Origin: Schmidtea nova
Taxonomy: Eukaryota
Assembly (NCBI GenBank): GCA_044892505.1
Contig: CM097883.1
Span: 407,092,001-407,156,000, forward strand
DNA: 64,000 nucleotides
Direction of reading: 5' to 3'
Shown one piece after another: positions 25,469 through 37,700 of this stretch (positions within the stretch are counted from its first letter, which is position 1; every line of letters starts with the position of its first letter). The position numbers and the translations under genes were made by a program. The notes beneath the pieces are model-generated. The model searched no databases. It saw only the letters and a list, made by a program, of their open reading frames with translations, and was not told the origin of the DNA.

Positions 25469-27438
25469 TATTATTATCAATAATTCTCATAATGACTATA
25501 GATCAAATTTTTTTTATAAACAATAACACAATATTTCGGCACAGCCTTTATCAAGTGTGTATTTCTCAGAAATACACACTTGATAAAGGCTGTGCCGAAA
25601 TATTGTGTTATTGTTTATAAAAAAAAATTTGATCTATAGTCATTATGAGAATTATTGATAATAATAATAAAAAAAGATCAAANNNNNNNNNNNNNNNNNN
25701 NNNNNNNNNNNNNNNNNNNNNNNNNNNNNNNNNNNNNNNNNNNNNNNNNNNNNNNNNNNNNNNNNNNNNNNNNNNNNNNNNNNNNNNNNNNNNNNNNNNN
25801 NNNNNNNNNNNNNNNNNNNNNNNNNNNNNNNNNNNNNNNNNNNNNNNNNNNNNNNNNNNNNNNNNNNNNNNNNNNNNNNNNNNNNNNNNNNNNNNNNNNN
25901 NNNNNNNNNNNNNNNNNNNNNNNNNNNNNNNNNNNNNNNNNNNNNNNNNNNNNNNNNNNNNNNNNNNNNNNNNNNNNNNNNNNNNNNNNNNNNNNNNNNN
26001 NNNNNNNNNNNNNNNNNNNNNNNNNNNNNNNNATACAAATAAATTATTTTGTATTTTTCCTTTAGATTTGGAATTTAAAAATTTTAAATATATATTTGAT
26101 TAAATCAAGAAAAATGTTTTATTTCATTCATAAATTAATAAAATGAAAGATATTCAGTAATAATAATTAAATATATTAAAAATGTTTTTTTAAAATGAAA
26201 AATACAGCATAAATAATTAAAAATGACAATAAATCGTTGATTAATATAGTAATTCTTTATTATCCCAATATTCCAAACTATCTTCATTCAGAGAATCTTC
26301 TTTCTTTCGGCTCTGAAATGGAGGTTTGCCATCCTTTCCTTAACCATGAATCTCGGTCCAATAGAACTTTCCAGATATTAAGAATAAGACAGTAGACGCC
26401 TCTAATGCTAGACGCCTCTGCAAAGATAGTCAAAGTTCCTGATGTCCCGAGTCTCGCAAAACTGTCATTTTTATTTTCCTGGTGAACTTGTAACACTGAA
26501 AGGTTTACATTAGGATGTCGTGATGGAAATTGAACGGTCTGGGCTGAATTCACTAAAATGCAAATTGCAAAAAATCAAATTTTCCCGTTTAGAAGTAACC
26601 CGGGAAAATGCAAGTTTGTGAAGGTGATAATTGAAAACGTGGAAAAATAAAAAGACAAAATGCTAACGCTAAAAATGTTAAAAACAGCATAAACACGTGA
26701 CATGGTTTGCATTGGGTCGGCCCCTATTTGCGGACCTATTCAACTATATTTGCAATCAAATGCATATGACAAAAGTTTTTATTTTCAGATATAGATGAAT
26801 TACTTCACAATGAAATTCCCCCCTTACAAGCAGAATCTATGACTAAGGTGTCCGCTATGTCTTTCAGTGAGACTCTTGGAGATATGGTCATTTCCCGATT
26901 GACGAAGCAGAAAAGTAAGTATATATTTATCATATATTTATCATATATTTATCATATATACATCATATATATATATATATATATTTATATATCAATTGTG
27001 ACGCATTGGAACATTTCTAGCAGTAAACTCTCAATATATTTCCAATGTCAGTCTCTTCACCATCAATGGCAAGCATGTTGATTCTATAATGTTATCTGGG
27101 ACGGTCGTGTCTCTCACTTATACAAAACTTACTGAAGGATGCAATGTCAATTCAATAGCTGCTATTACCGACGAAGGCCGTCTGACGGTGATGAGTAGTT
27201 GGAATCTGCAAGTCGTCTGGAAAGTGAAAGTAATAATAAATAATTGTTATGAAATCGGTTTTATCCTAGATTCCGCATCTAGATTCCGCAACTCTACCAA
27301 CCAGATCCGATCAGTTCTATCCAATATACGCATTCCGGACGCGAGCTCTACGTTATTCACGAATCCGGTCACCTACAAGTTTTACAGTCAAATAGGCTAG
27401 ATCTAACATCTAGACAATTCATTTATTTTTGGTTATAA
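1074..27438 (+). CDS. LYST: LYST/CHS1-like BEACH-domain lysosomal trafficking regulator, 3' part of a multi-exon gene (5' part lies upstream of the window)
   Basis: GT-AG exons traced by hand with matching phases: 1074-1276, 1327-1542, 1815-2069, 2115-2367, 2465-2608, 2921-3031, 8292-8326, 8395-8874, 9588-9772, 9829-9974, 11262-11512, 11554-11706, 11754-11951, 13104-13398, 15188-15383, 15432-15591, 15641-15991, 16701-16886, (unresolved small exon(s) near 17277-17434), 18614-18832, 18880-19105, 26789-26914, 27021-27229, 27283-27438. LYST-type motifs: [97 protein letters not shown], then WD40 repeats. Confidence 0.88.
3089..5671 (-). CDS. piwi-2: PIWI-clade Argonaute, planarian PIWI-2 type (SMEDWI-2/DjPiwiB-like), 840 aa; exons 5671-5662 and 5601-3089
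   Basis: The 819-aa ORF has N, PAZ ([11 protein letters not shown]...[11 protein letters not shown]), MID (VY..VK...TQCV...K) and PIWI domains, with catalytic D(GMDTYH)-E(RQEF)-D(RDGVG)-H(YAHRL) and C-terminal LFYL. The frame stays open upstream to an acceptor (tttag, 5602). A GTGAGT donor at 5661 follows ATG GAG GAA A, giving a 60-nt intron and the N-terminus [27 protein letters not shown]. Confidence 0.96.
7020..8010 (+). mobile_element. Degenerate solo-LTR-like relic in the PIWI-bearing intron
   Basis: Shares segments such as ctaatgggaaa.ccga…tggaga.ccc with the LTR at 43250-44016. Boundaries are uncertain. Confidence 0.4.
8292..9974 (+). CDS. LYST: LYST exons downstream of the PIWI-bearing intron (pre-PH region)
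   Basis: Exons 8395-8874, 9588-9772 and 9829-9974 join in phase and encode [12 protein letters not shown] and [16 protein letters not shown], typical of BEACH proteins. The 35-nt exon 8292-8326 reconciles phase but has a weaker donor. Confidence 0.8.
10221..10591. mobile_element. MITE with long (~90 bp) imperfect TIRs
   Basis: taacgctcat…ctcactgtgtgttagcggtgtactaacaatgaata is mirrored by tattcatcgttagcacaccactaacacacaggtgag…atgagcgtta. Confidence 0.6.
11262..15991 (+). CDS. LYST: LYST PH-BEACH and BEACH domain exons
   Basis: [22 protein letters not shown] (PH); [44 protein letters not shown] (BEACH). Confidence 0.93.
12145..12557. mobile_element. Degenerate hAT-type MITE
   Basis: GC-rich ends (cagcacggcc… / …ggtggccctg) resemble CAGGGCC-type TIRs around an AT-rich core. 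Confidence 0.4.
14477..14727. repeat. Minisatellite, 21-bp unit organised as a 42-bp dimer
   Basis: Alternating aaatattaacactatcgaatg / aaatactaacactaataaatg units. Explains the spurious ORFs at 14366-14705. Confidence 0.9.
16168..16365. repeat. Foldback palindromic element (family copy) between two N gaps
   Basis: Arms gatcaaaattttctttaaataagtacacaatatttcggcacagccttta and their reverse complement flank a short spacer. Confidence 0.8.
16701..27438 (+). CDS. LYST: LYST WD40-repeat exons and stop codon
   Basis: [53 protein letters not shown]…SSWNLQVV and [20 protein letters not shown] match the LYST C-terminal beta-propeller. TAA at 27436-27438. Confidence 0.82.
17739..18191 (-). mobile_element. 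3' fragment of a Ginger2-type (KRBA2/SCAND3-like) integrase-transposase
   Basis: [21 protein letters not shown]…YQLGTKYG…EISLRECAR…[10 protein letters not shown]…RCKC…CNSKCH Cys-rich C-terminus. No catalytic core present. Confidence 0.65.
19312..19632. repeat. Degenerate 9-bp minisatellite (gaatagggt), with a second patch at ~20002-20101
   Basis: Tandem gaatagggt/gaataggat units. Explains the low-complexity ORFs 19286-19513 and 19407-19649. Confidence 0.85.
20772..21760 (-). mobile_element. Degenerate Tc1/mariner (mariner-type) transposon
   Basis: Interrupted transposase: HTH ([13 protein letters not shown]), [18 protein letters not shown] (TGDETW-like). A TIR-like end TACGCGGTGCACCCAATAAGT is at 20772. 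Confidence 0.72.
22037..25161 (+). mobile_element. Full-length hATm-type DNA transposon (3125 bp)
   Basis: Perfect 14-bp TIRs TAGGGTGGTCCTTA / TAAGGACCACCCTA, inserted in (TA)n with an ATATATAT 8-bp TSD. Transposase motifs [34 protein letters not shown]. Confidence 0.9.
22360..24787 (+). pseudogene. hATm transposase, spliced (22360-22376 + 22558-24787, ~748 codons), with a single in-frame TAG at 22820-22822
   Basis: ORFs 22622-22822 and 22895-24787 are in the same frame. The GTGAGT donor at 22377 and AG acceptor at 22557 join in frame ([23 protein letters not shown]). Confidence 0.8.
25210..25682. repeat. Two tandem copies of the foldback palindromic element
   Basis: 25468-25666 is a near-perfect palindrome centred at 25567. 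25210-25400 is an imperfect copy with an asymmetric centre. A half copy lies at ~14320-14445. Confidence 0.8.
26284..26730 (-). mobile_element. Possible PIF/Harbinger transposase relic
   Basis: …HQENKNDSF…[24 protein letters not shown] loosely matches the DDE_Tnp_4 pattern (HDS…LLGDSGY…WLMTP…E.RYN). A GGGGCC-type end lies near 26720. Confidence 0.4.
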
Positions 27439-28699
27439 CTATTCTTTTCTAAATGTTTTTCACTGATCAATTTTGTACGAAATTTGACATTTTATAATTA
27501 AATATTATTTTCTATTGTTTTTAAAAATTATTCTTTCTCTAAAAATAATTGCCATTTTCGATGTCTGATAGCCAAGGGAAAATATCTTGAAATCGAAAAT
27601 AAGGCAGACAGGAAGTCCTTTATCGAGAGGGTACATGGATTGATTTTAAAACAAAATTCTCCAGGTCCTTTAAAATGAGAGGGGGGTTAAAGCGACACAC
27701 TTACACAGGTAAATACACAAATTTCTTTTAATATTTACTTTCTGGGGATATTAATTGTAAATCTATACCCCATCTGTCTTAAAGAAAACTTTCTACGTCG
27801 ACTCCTTTACATTTTAGTTTGATCAAAATATCTGTGAATCGTGCTGCACATGCATCTGTAATATTAGACATTTTTTATTTTAACTTTTTACATTAGTTTT
27901 TGAAATCAAATTAATTTATGTTTCTTAAACAGCTGATTTTCTTTTTTTCTTATTTTTGAGTTTTTCTGGAAATTAATACGACATTTACTCCCAGCAAGCC
28001 TAACCCAATTAAAATTTTATAAATAATTCACTAGACTGTGCATTAGGGTAATAACAATTATCATTATTTTTCGTAACGAAACTGAAACGACTTACATTCG
28101 AGGAACAGTTGTATGCAGATGACAGTAGCAACAGTAATTTTTTGAAAAATTGAAAAAGTTCCCCTATCTTTTTATTTTTGTTTTTCACACATCGCGCAGT
28201 TTGACTATCGGTTTCCATTACACACTGGTTTTTTATATGACGTTCTAGACTGCTTTTAAACACATTACAGTCAGCTGTTTCCATTTGTTTATAAATTAGG
28301 CATTTACAGATGGTTGTTAATTTATTTCTTTGTTTTGATCCCAGCTATACCGTGTGAACTCGCTCCAGCGTTGGGCGAGTTCACTATACATTTTATTATT
28401 TATTATTGTTATATTTTATTTTATTCTCTGTTTCAGGTGCAAATATAAAATATATATTCTGGAATATTTTAGAACATTGTGGAATATTTCTGAATATTTT
28501 GGATAAACTATCTCGTTTTTAGTGCAAGATTGCAAGTCTTACAGAGAGGAAGAAAAGTGCAAGACGTTTAATAACTATTAAAGCACAAGAAAATATCTTA
28601 TAGAAATTCAAGTAACAGTGTAAAGTCAAGCAGGTGTATTTGGATGAAGAATCTACCCTCATCTTCTAAACAGAAAGGGATCCAAGGATTCCATTTGTT

Positions 28700-30700
28700 G
28701 AAAAGCTAACCAATCTCACACGGAGGCCGACACTGTCAAATTCTTGGAAACTTTTATTTTCTGTTCAATAGCGAGAAATGGTGACTAAATCAAATCAAAA
28801 TTATGATTACGGATATATAATTGCTCTGGAGGGAAATTCTAGACTTTTCACTATCATCCAGCGCACTCATCAGAAAGAATCTCAATAGCCTGATTGATCT
28901 ATTTGACAAAAACAAAAATAAACCGTTTGATAAATTCACTTCAACACTTTCTCAGTTATTTGATGTCACTAGTGTCAATGGAGAATGGAAAAGCACGGAG
29001 GATAAAGAGCTCTACCAGAGGCAAGTTAAAAGTGGAGAAAAGATTGGTTATTCAATGGTCAAACAAGACCCTTTGGAATCAATCCACTCAAGAAAATGAA
29101 TCCGACTATCAAAACTCAACCTCAAGCCAACTCTTCTCAATTGCAACCCACACAAACACATAAAACTGTCTCAGAATCTTCGGATTCTGAAACCTCTGCT
29201 TCTTCAACCGAGTCACCAACCTGTTCTTCCACGTCATCTTCTCCTGAATGCAAACCGAAATACCAAAGAGCAAGCACAACAACAGAGGGTTTACTAGTAG
29301 TGAAAAACAACATTTCTACACATAAAGCACATGACGTTCTTGCAAACATTGCTCAATGGTGTCATGATGTGCCGGTTCCAAGTCAGGCGGGTGTCTGGAA
29401 ACGAGTAATCTCTGAAGGACAGAATGTCGAAATCAAAATTGTTCAAAAACTTCACAGCAAAGATCCCTATTGTCTATAGTTTGATGGTAAACGACAGCAA
29501 GGGAAGAGTATCAAGTAGTTCTGCTGAAAAATATGACAACCGAAATCAAACTCGGTATTCTTAAATGTGAGAGTGGTTCTGCTGCGGCCATTCACAAGGA
29601 ACTACATTAGCTAACTGATGAATAATATGCTTGGAAAGTATTTGCATGATAATCTGCGACACGACCGCAGTAAATATTAGTCGTTTGCACGGGATCATGT
29701 CTTGAGCAAGGGCTTTCAGAAGCCACAATACATTGGTTGTCAGCACCATGTACTCGACCTCCCTCCGAATCATGTCATGAATTTTCTTTTTCAAGAGCCT
29801 ACGAGCAGACCGGAACTCAATTATTTCTTCATTGACAAATTAACAGAAAACTGTGCCTCTCTTCAGGCTGATTACCGTCTCATTGCGACAGATGATGTTA
29901 CCACAGACGAGAACCCTGGATGGCGAGATGATTTTAAATTCTTATATGAACTATGTCAGGCATATCTTTATCACAAAACAACTTCACATTGGCATCGAAC
30001 CGGCTGGAAGATACTCCTAAATTTACACCAAGCAAGATGGAACTCACGTGCGATATATGCATGTTATAGCATTATTTCTGATACTAGAGTGGCGCAACTT
30101 CCTCGCTCCAGCATGCTTACCTCACTCAACAATATAAAATGCAAGAAGGCAATTAAGTGTTTAAAGACGCATTGGTCAGTCGAGGAGTCATTAATTGACA
30201 TTCCCAGATCTAAACAAATTGATGAACGTGCTGTAAAACTGATGGAGGAACTTCATGTGAAATCGAGAAAAATTGAATTTTTGAAACGGAAGTTCCTAGG
30301 AAAAAAATATTTTTTAAACATTTCTTGTACTAACTGTTCTGTATTTTATTTCTTAATAAAAGTTGTTTATTTATTACTGTTACTTTTTTTGAAAGAAGCT
30401 AAAGTAAACTTGTCCTTTTTGAAAAAAAATATTTCTTCACTTTCTTCTTCCGAAAAAAAGGGGGACTTTTTTAAAAAAAATTCAAAATGCAATTGATATT
30501 CTTAAATTACACATAAACTTTCTTCGATTGCATGTGGCTTCATAAAGATTTTTTGTTATTACCCTACTGTGCATTGTTATTAAAACATAAGTCTTCAGAA
30601 TTATTATATAAAAATTGTCTAAAAATGGCTGCTTAAACTTTTTTCATTCGCGACCCCATTTATGATCGAGTTTTTGGCAACCCCATATAAATATAAAAGA
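28700..30700 (+). mobile_element. Degenerate hAT(m)-like transposon
   Basis: Frameshifted ORFs with YIGCQHHVLD, WRDDFKFLYEL, LHQARWNSRAIY and ERAVKLME, which parallel the CRHH/ARW/NAER motifs of the intact element. Confidence 0.62.
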
Positions 30701-31199
30701 TATATATAAATATTTTGTAATGATTTATTGTTTAGATAACAATATACATACACATAAAAAGTAGTTTTAAAATTTGTTAAGAAACATAAAAAAATATAAA
30801 CTGCAAAAAAGTTGTAAAATTGTATTTATTATAGTTACAAAAATTGTATGCCATATTTTGTCTAAAAAATTTGCAAAGTTCCTCGCGTGCAGCTTCATTC
30901 ATGCTTCAGTTTTAAACCCAGTCATACTTTATAAAAATACACTTGATTAAACAAAGTTTATTGCAAAACAAGACCAAAATAGAGTTCAAAACATTTGATT
31001 TACAATTAACAGAAAAACCTTTACATTGCGTAATATTTAAACAACTACTGAATAAAAATAATATTTTTTAATAAATAAGTTATACATTGTTTTATAAAGT
31101 ATCATTTTAAACTGTAAACTGGTGCCCTATTTTAATTAATTATATTAAAATAATTAATTAAAATAATTTTACTAAAATTTAATTAAAAAACGATCAACA

Positions 31200-32050
31200 T
31201 TGGATTTTTCCTCAACGTCTTGTTTATAAACTGTATTCAAAAATAGAGCGGATCCAAATCTCATTATCAATGAATCTGACACAAAACTACATCAAAATTA
31301 ATAAAAGGTTCCCAATAAAAACACAAATCTGTTGGTGTCACTAAATCCAATGTCCACCATCTAGAACTGTGCTGCTAGTCAGGTGCAATAATTTATGTAA
31401 GCAGCAGGCAGCTATTTGTGTCATATTTGTATATGTCACTGCTTGATGTTTTCAAAAATTAAGTCATTTTAATAATTTTGACACTTAAAAAATGCAAAAT
31501 CTCACAATTTGATGAAAATTTATTAAATTCAGAAAAATTGACTTTCTTGATTATATCATCATTTACAATAGCAGGGAACGTTAATATGAATATTCATTCC
31601 TTACGCTTTGGTGCCAATAGATTTTCTAATATCCAACTGGAATTCAACAAAATGTCCCAAATCAACAAACCAGTGGTTGGAGATTGGAATAGTGCACAAT
31701 TACATAAATTATTATTTAAACTGTCAAAGAACAAAACAATTAAAAACAATAACCTGCTGGTGTGCCACACGAATGTTATTCATTACCGTACTAGGGTTTT
31801 GATTGGCAACATTCATAAAAACTTCCCACAAGCATATACCAATGGAGTTTTGTGGTCCATGTTTGTACTGTATATGGTCGGACAACGAATTTAATCGTGT
31901 CAGCTGAGTTGAAAACAGACGGGAGAACTTTCACTGTTGATGGCGTCGATGTTGTCTAGCCCTCATATGATTATTTCTCCCAATACTTGTGGTAACTTCC
32001 AATGTGCTTCCAGTGGGTTGGGAAACTAATGTTAGAGATAGGCCCTTAGG
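31200..32050 (-). mobile_element. Highly degenerate piggyBac-like relic
   Basis: Minus-strand fragments TTSIGRNNHMR (GTIR.NR-like) and TWTTKLHWYML (KWW.PLF-like); many stops. Confidence 0.35.
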
Positions 32051-32249
32051 CCTCAATGTTTGATAAAGGCATAAAATAACAAATTAATTCAAAAATCTAT
32101 TTTTAATAATTTCTAATTACTAAGAATAGATTCGACATCATAAATAAATGCTAATTTTAAATAAAATATATTAATAGTAATTAATTTATATATAAATAGT
32201 AATTTTTAATTAATGATTGTATATTTATAGTAATTTAAGTAGTATTATT

Positions 32250-32993
32250 TTAGTATATAAACCCATGATTTTTTAGTAGAAGGGACCATAAATTTTAGGT
32301 TTACCAAAACCAATATTTACCTTAAAGAAAAGGACGAGAAAAAATTAGGTTTAGAAAAACCAATATTAAATTTAAAATGAAAATTATTATTTGGAGAAGT
32401 AGTGCGAAAAATCAATTTAGTTAATAATTTATAAGCGATTCAGGGCAGTAGATCGATTGTAAATTAATAGTGGTGATACTATCAGATAGGTAAATCATCT
32501 GACTAGTGAGAAAATTACAGCAACTGACTTTGAAAGTGAGAAAGAAATTATATCTAGCAGTAATTTATCAACTGACTAGTAGAAACATAAAGAGTGTGGT
32601 GAGAAAATATCGATTACAACCCGATTCGATTAGTATTTAAGCAGAGAGTAATTTAGAAACTTTCAGTACATCGTTACTAGTTTTACTGTTTAACAAAGCA
32701 AGGTATATAATTTTATTCGTATACAAGATATAAGACAGTCTTCGTATGCCTGGGTAGCCCCAAAATCATTTGCTTCTTACCCTCTGTTATATTTATTTAT
32801 TCAACGGTGATCTGCCATTAGAAGGCATCGTATAGCTTGGGGATCATTGAGGGATTGATCAGTTGATCACGATCTTTGTTATTCTGTATTAAATTTGTAC
32901 ACATTGTTATTTAATAAAAGTATTTCAAGAGAGAAAGAGTTTCTTTTTATTCTATCATTCGATAGTGAGCTCAAACTATTACAATATTACACA
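32250..32993 (+). mobile_element. LTR-like sequence (5' or solo LTR)
   Basis: TATA-like gtatttaag (~32634), AATAAA near 32915, ends in ACA followed by TGG. Shares agtaatttatca motifs with 44050-44850. The left boundary is uncertain. Confidence 0.45.
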
Positions 32994-34329
32994 ATTTGGA
33001 GTCAAATAAATAACTAAATAGATAAAATAAAAAAATAATTAATTAATTAACAACTTAATCTCTCTTAACATATTATTTCTGTTACTTTCAACCTTTTCCC
33101 CGTTGATCCTAACACTAATTCTGTTGGTGACGGGCCCACCCATTTCTCGTAAGTCAGCGGGCTTATTAATCTTTTAAATTTTCTTCCACGAAAGATTTGG
33201 AAATTTGCCTCTGACAATTCTTGAGTTCAATTTTCACTGCGTCCAATTCCCACTGTACATCTACTAACACTCTGTGAGTTCATTGGGTCCTCTTCATCTG
33301 CTCCTGTATTTGACTGGGAGAGAAAAAAGTCTCTCCCAAAGTAATATGTGGCGTCTTAATCGTCCCATTTTTGGTTCGGGTTCGTGGTTGTTCGGACGTA
33401 CACATTTGCATTTCTTTATATCGTTCCGCTTTACTGTAGGGGACATTCTGAATGTAAATCTATCATTATTTCGATCGAGTATTCTATTGCCCCCTTTAAT
33501 ATTTGAATTCTTTTTTCGTTCCGCCATAATTTCAATAAATTAGTTAACATTTAGTACCCAAAATATAAAATCGACTAAACAATGAAGAAAATTTTATTAA
33601 ATACTAAATGTATGAAATGTTGATAAGCCAACGGGCGGTTGTTTATTGATCGTCGAGGGATATTTCGACACTTATTAACGTGATTCCTTCTCCCAATTTG
33701 AGGTCCTTGGGTGAATTGTTTACCTCAAAATTTTCGGTGGAAGTTGATTCTGGTAGAGACTTGATGAGAGATTCTTTGGAATCATCAACAAGGCTCCATA
33801 GTATTCGTTTTCTCGATGGACGGGGAGAGTCCATGATTATGATCCCCATTTTCGCAAATTCCCGATGCGAGATGTTTCCAAATGAGATAATGGTATCCAC
33901 TACCTCGTCGAGACTCGCTAACCGCATTTGCTTCCTCCGGAGTCATGGGTCATCTGGGACTTCCTTGGCACCAGATCCTATCCAGATTCCCATTCCATAT
34001 GAAAAATGAACATTTTTGACGGCGCTCTCAACGCCACTGTCTCAACCTCAACACAGAAGACGTTTTTAAAACATTATTTCTTCAACAAAAATATGATCAG
34101 TGGCACTTACAGTGTTTTTAAAAAGATCCTTTATCAGTCATACAGATCATTCTACCATAATTTAACAATAAAACTATAATGAAAAAGTCTTTTCTCGACT
34201 CACTCCCACAAACAGCGCAGGTGGTATTGCTAGGGTCAAGGCATCTGACATGGTTAGCTACAAATTACAAATTTAACAGAAAAATTTCAAGGCTAGAAAA
34301 TTCACTGTGATGCTTTCTCAGCTGTTGTT

Positions 34330-34750
34330 GACATAACATTTTACCATTCTCACGCACTTTGCTGCCAATAATTCAATCGTCAAAACGTACTCGCAAACTG
34401 CTCTAACTTTCACACTGCTTCCATCAGCCGCTACCTATAACAGTAAAATCACTGTGGCAAATACTACAAGACCTATTCTTTGAGAAGATTTTCTCAAGCA
34501 CTTCAAATTACTCGTTAATTGCGCGAATCAGAAAATAGTCCTTGCAACAAACAAATGGTAGGTTATTAATTTTATATATAACCTTGATAAAATGACTACC
34601 ACAAACCTCAAGGCTCAATATTCCCAGATGATACCCGTCACTAGTTGACGCTGGCACTGTACCAACTGATTTAGAGTTTAAGAAAAGATGAGCTGCGTTG
34701 CCACAACAACTAATCTTAATACTCTCATGGGTTCGGAGTGACTGATAGAT
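34330..34750 (+). mobile_element. Ty3/gypsy pol (protease region) relic
   Basis: AANNSIVKTYSQTALTFTL…RPIL*EDFLKHFKLLVNCANQKI matches gypsy AANG…ILGADFL..F.LLVD. Confidence 0.6.
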
Positions 34751-37700
34751 AGTCTTTAGATTTTATTTTTTGGCTAGGTGTCCCTGCATTACTTTCAATT
34801 ATATCAATACATACAAAACATACGTTCGAGAGGAATTACGTGATACATTTCTCTTTATTTCATTCGAATTACATAAAATTTGAGAATAATTAAGTCAAGC
34901 TTTAGTTTATTTATGAAAAATTTGTCATATTTATGTGAATAATCGAGTGGATACTCATATATCAATTGAGTTAAATAATTTTCAGTGTTAGCTCGTATCT
35001 ACGACTGGCCATCCAGGCAATTCATTGGGTTCAGGTACCACCAATAAAAAGATATTGGTACTCTTTATTCTGGTTCCATCACTATGTATCTAATTTCTCT
35101 TTATTCCTCATTGCTTCCCAATAACTATTTTACATCTGAATTTAATCGCAAACGTTTAATATGAATATTTCATGCCTTTAAAGCTTATCTAAACTCATCA
35201 ACTTAATCATCTCTAGCAACATCAGTTCTCTCATTTCTTATAACTAACGCATCAAAACAAAAAATAAAAATTCATAACAACAAAATTCACAATAAAAGAA
35301 AATTTTATTTCCTAAAAAAATAATTTAATTTCAGTTATACAAAACTAATGTTTCCGGCGATAGGAGCCATCTTTCATAATTGCAGCCTCTTCCTTTCACA
35401 TCTTGCTTAATTTAATCTTTTTCATTGGTTTCCTTGGATGAGCTCTGCGAAGCTAGTTGGCCATTGCTTGAGAATAATTAGCTCTCTCCAAAGGATTTAG
35501 GTTTGATTGCCTTTGTAATAGCTTCGTGTACCAAGCTCTTAATTTTCTGCGACCGCCTTTTAGCGGCTGAATTTCTACCTCCTGCTGCTTAACTTTTAAT
35601 TTCTACTTGTTCCCTAATAGGCTCTGCTCATTTTGTCCTGGCTAAACGATGGTTGTTCCAGCTTCCGGCACCTTTGCAGAATATTGCCTGACATACGCTC
35701 GTTTCTCATCTAGGTTTCTCATCTTCCCTTGTTTCCGTTTCCTTGGTTCTTTGTGTGGCAACGCATCTATAAATATTTAAATAAAGTTTACATCTCTGAG
35801 TCTAGCAAATCTTTTATAATAAAGTTTTCCGTCAAACAAAACTGCCATTTACTTTCTTTATTAGAATAAAAGTGAAATAAAAAGGAACTAAAGACAAAAA
35901 CATGTAAAATCTATTTCATCACACGACTCTACTTCCTCAATGATTATACACTTTCTGTCACTACTTCTCCATCTTTCAGCTTCATTCTCAAATTCCTTCG
36001 ATGACTCTTTTTAGGACCAGTGGTGTCGTCTGTTCTTACTCAATTTCTTCCTTCAGGTTCTGATAGGTCCTGTGGTCATAATTTAATTTTTGAGGACAGT
36101 CCCACTACTTCTTTGCTATTGTTGCTTCACCGTTCGATCCTTGTTTTGCCCTGATTATTCGACTATAGACGTTTGTGTTTCTTCGTCCATGAGTTCTCTA
36201 TTTAGAATACCCAATTTTGGAAATTGGCTAGGTTGATAGCTTTCTATTGATATAGGGTATCCGGTTTCGCCTTCCAGAATAACTACGAAACCAAACTCTC
36301 GGAAAATGTTCTGTACGATGGGTGTTTGAATGACCGTATTTATTATTTGCATCAGAGCATCTCCTAATAATTTATATGATATATGACTGCAAACATGATT
36401 TCAGTGATTCTAAGAACTGGCAAAAATTATTCGGCCTTGTAACTTTTATACCTATTGTCTTATTTTAGTAGAAGTCGGTGTGTGCTCCCTTACTGAGTGA
36501 TATCTCACGTAATTATCTTTCTATTATTGAGCTCATCAAATATAGGTTAAGACCCCAGGAAAATCTTTTTATGTAGGTCAATGTAAGAACGCTTTAAGGT
36601 AAAAAAGTTTGCGACAAAAATATAGATTACAAGCCACTTTACAGGAATCGTGCAAATATGTATTAATGAAACAGGAAATTAGCTCAAATGGGCATGACCA
36701 TATGGAGTGTATGCTCATTTTAAATAATTCTTCTACATACTGGGCGGTTCGGAAAAAATTTGAATTCAATTTCGTACTCGGATTCGAATAAAAGAATGTT
36801 ATGTTGTGTCAATAGGAAATTAGGTATCGTAACGAAACAATTGTTTTATGCGAATCGATAAAAATATTCATACCTTCTACGATTCAATCCGAGCCTTCGA
36901 GACCTTGGATGATCTATGAAGAAACATTAGTGTAGTAAGACATGATTAATTTGCATGCAATTTTGATAACGTAGTAGTATTATTTTTTACATTTATTCAT
37001 TGTTATCAGTCATAGTATCATCAATGTTCATGAAACTGCTTTCACGATGAAAGAAAGGAAGAATCAATTTGATTGGCTAACACTAAAAGACAAGGGGTGT
37101 AGGAAATAGGATATAGAAAATTTGAAAAAGGAAGCGCTAATCCGTTAAACTTAAAACTTTTTTTAAAAAAAATAAATCCTATTTCAAAATTGNNNNNNNN
37201 NNNNNNNNNNNNNNNNNNNNNNNNNNNNNNNNNNNNNNNNNNNNNNNNNNNNNNNNNNNNNNNNNNNNNNNNNNNNNNNNNNNNNNNNNNNNNNNNNNNN
37301 NNNNNNNNNNNNNNNNNNNNNNNNNNNNNNNNNNNNNNNNNNNNNNNNNNNNNNNNNNNNCTTTAGGCACTCCATCTTAACCCTAGCTTCAAAATTTAAT
37401 TGATAAAACTTTAATTATAAATATTTTATAAGAATGGAGCAAATTCAATGGGCAAGAATCACATTAGACAGCTACGCAAAGCTGCAAAAACGTCATGCAG
37501 GGCAAAAACTCCAAATCACCGACAACTTGGAAATTCCAAATTATTTCTGAATAGACGATAGAAAAATCAAAATACTTCGAATACACCGAAATATGGGAAT
37601 GAAGTTAACGGACGAAGTTCAAATATCCAACAAAGAACAATACTACCTGCATATTATCAAAGGAGCAGTGAAAATAATGGACGGCAATCAACCGTGGTTA

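Noticed and set aside
27540-27680. Additional LYST terminal exon
   Set aside because: The conserved C-terminus is already completed by exon 27283-27438, and there is no good acceptor or motif here.
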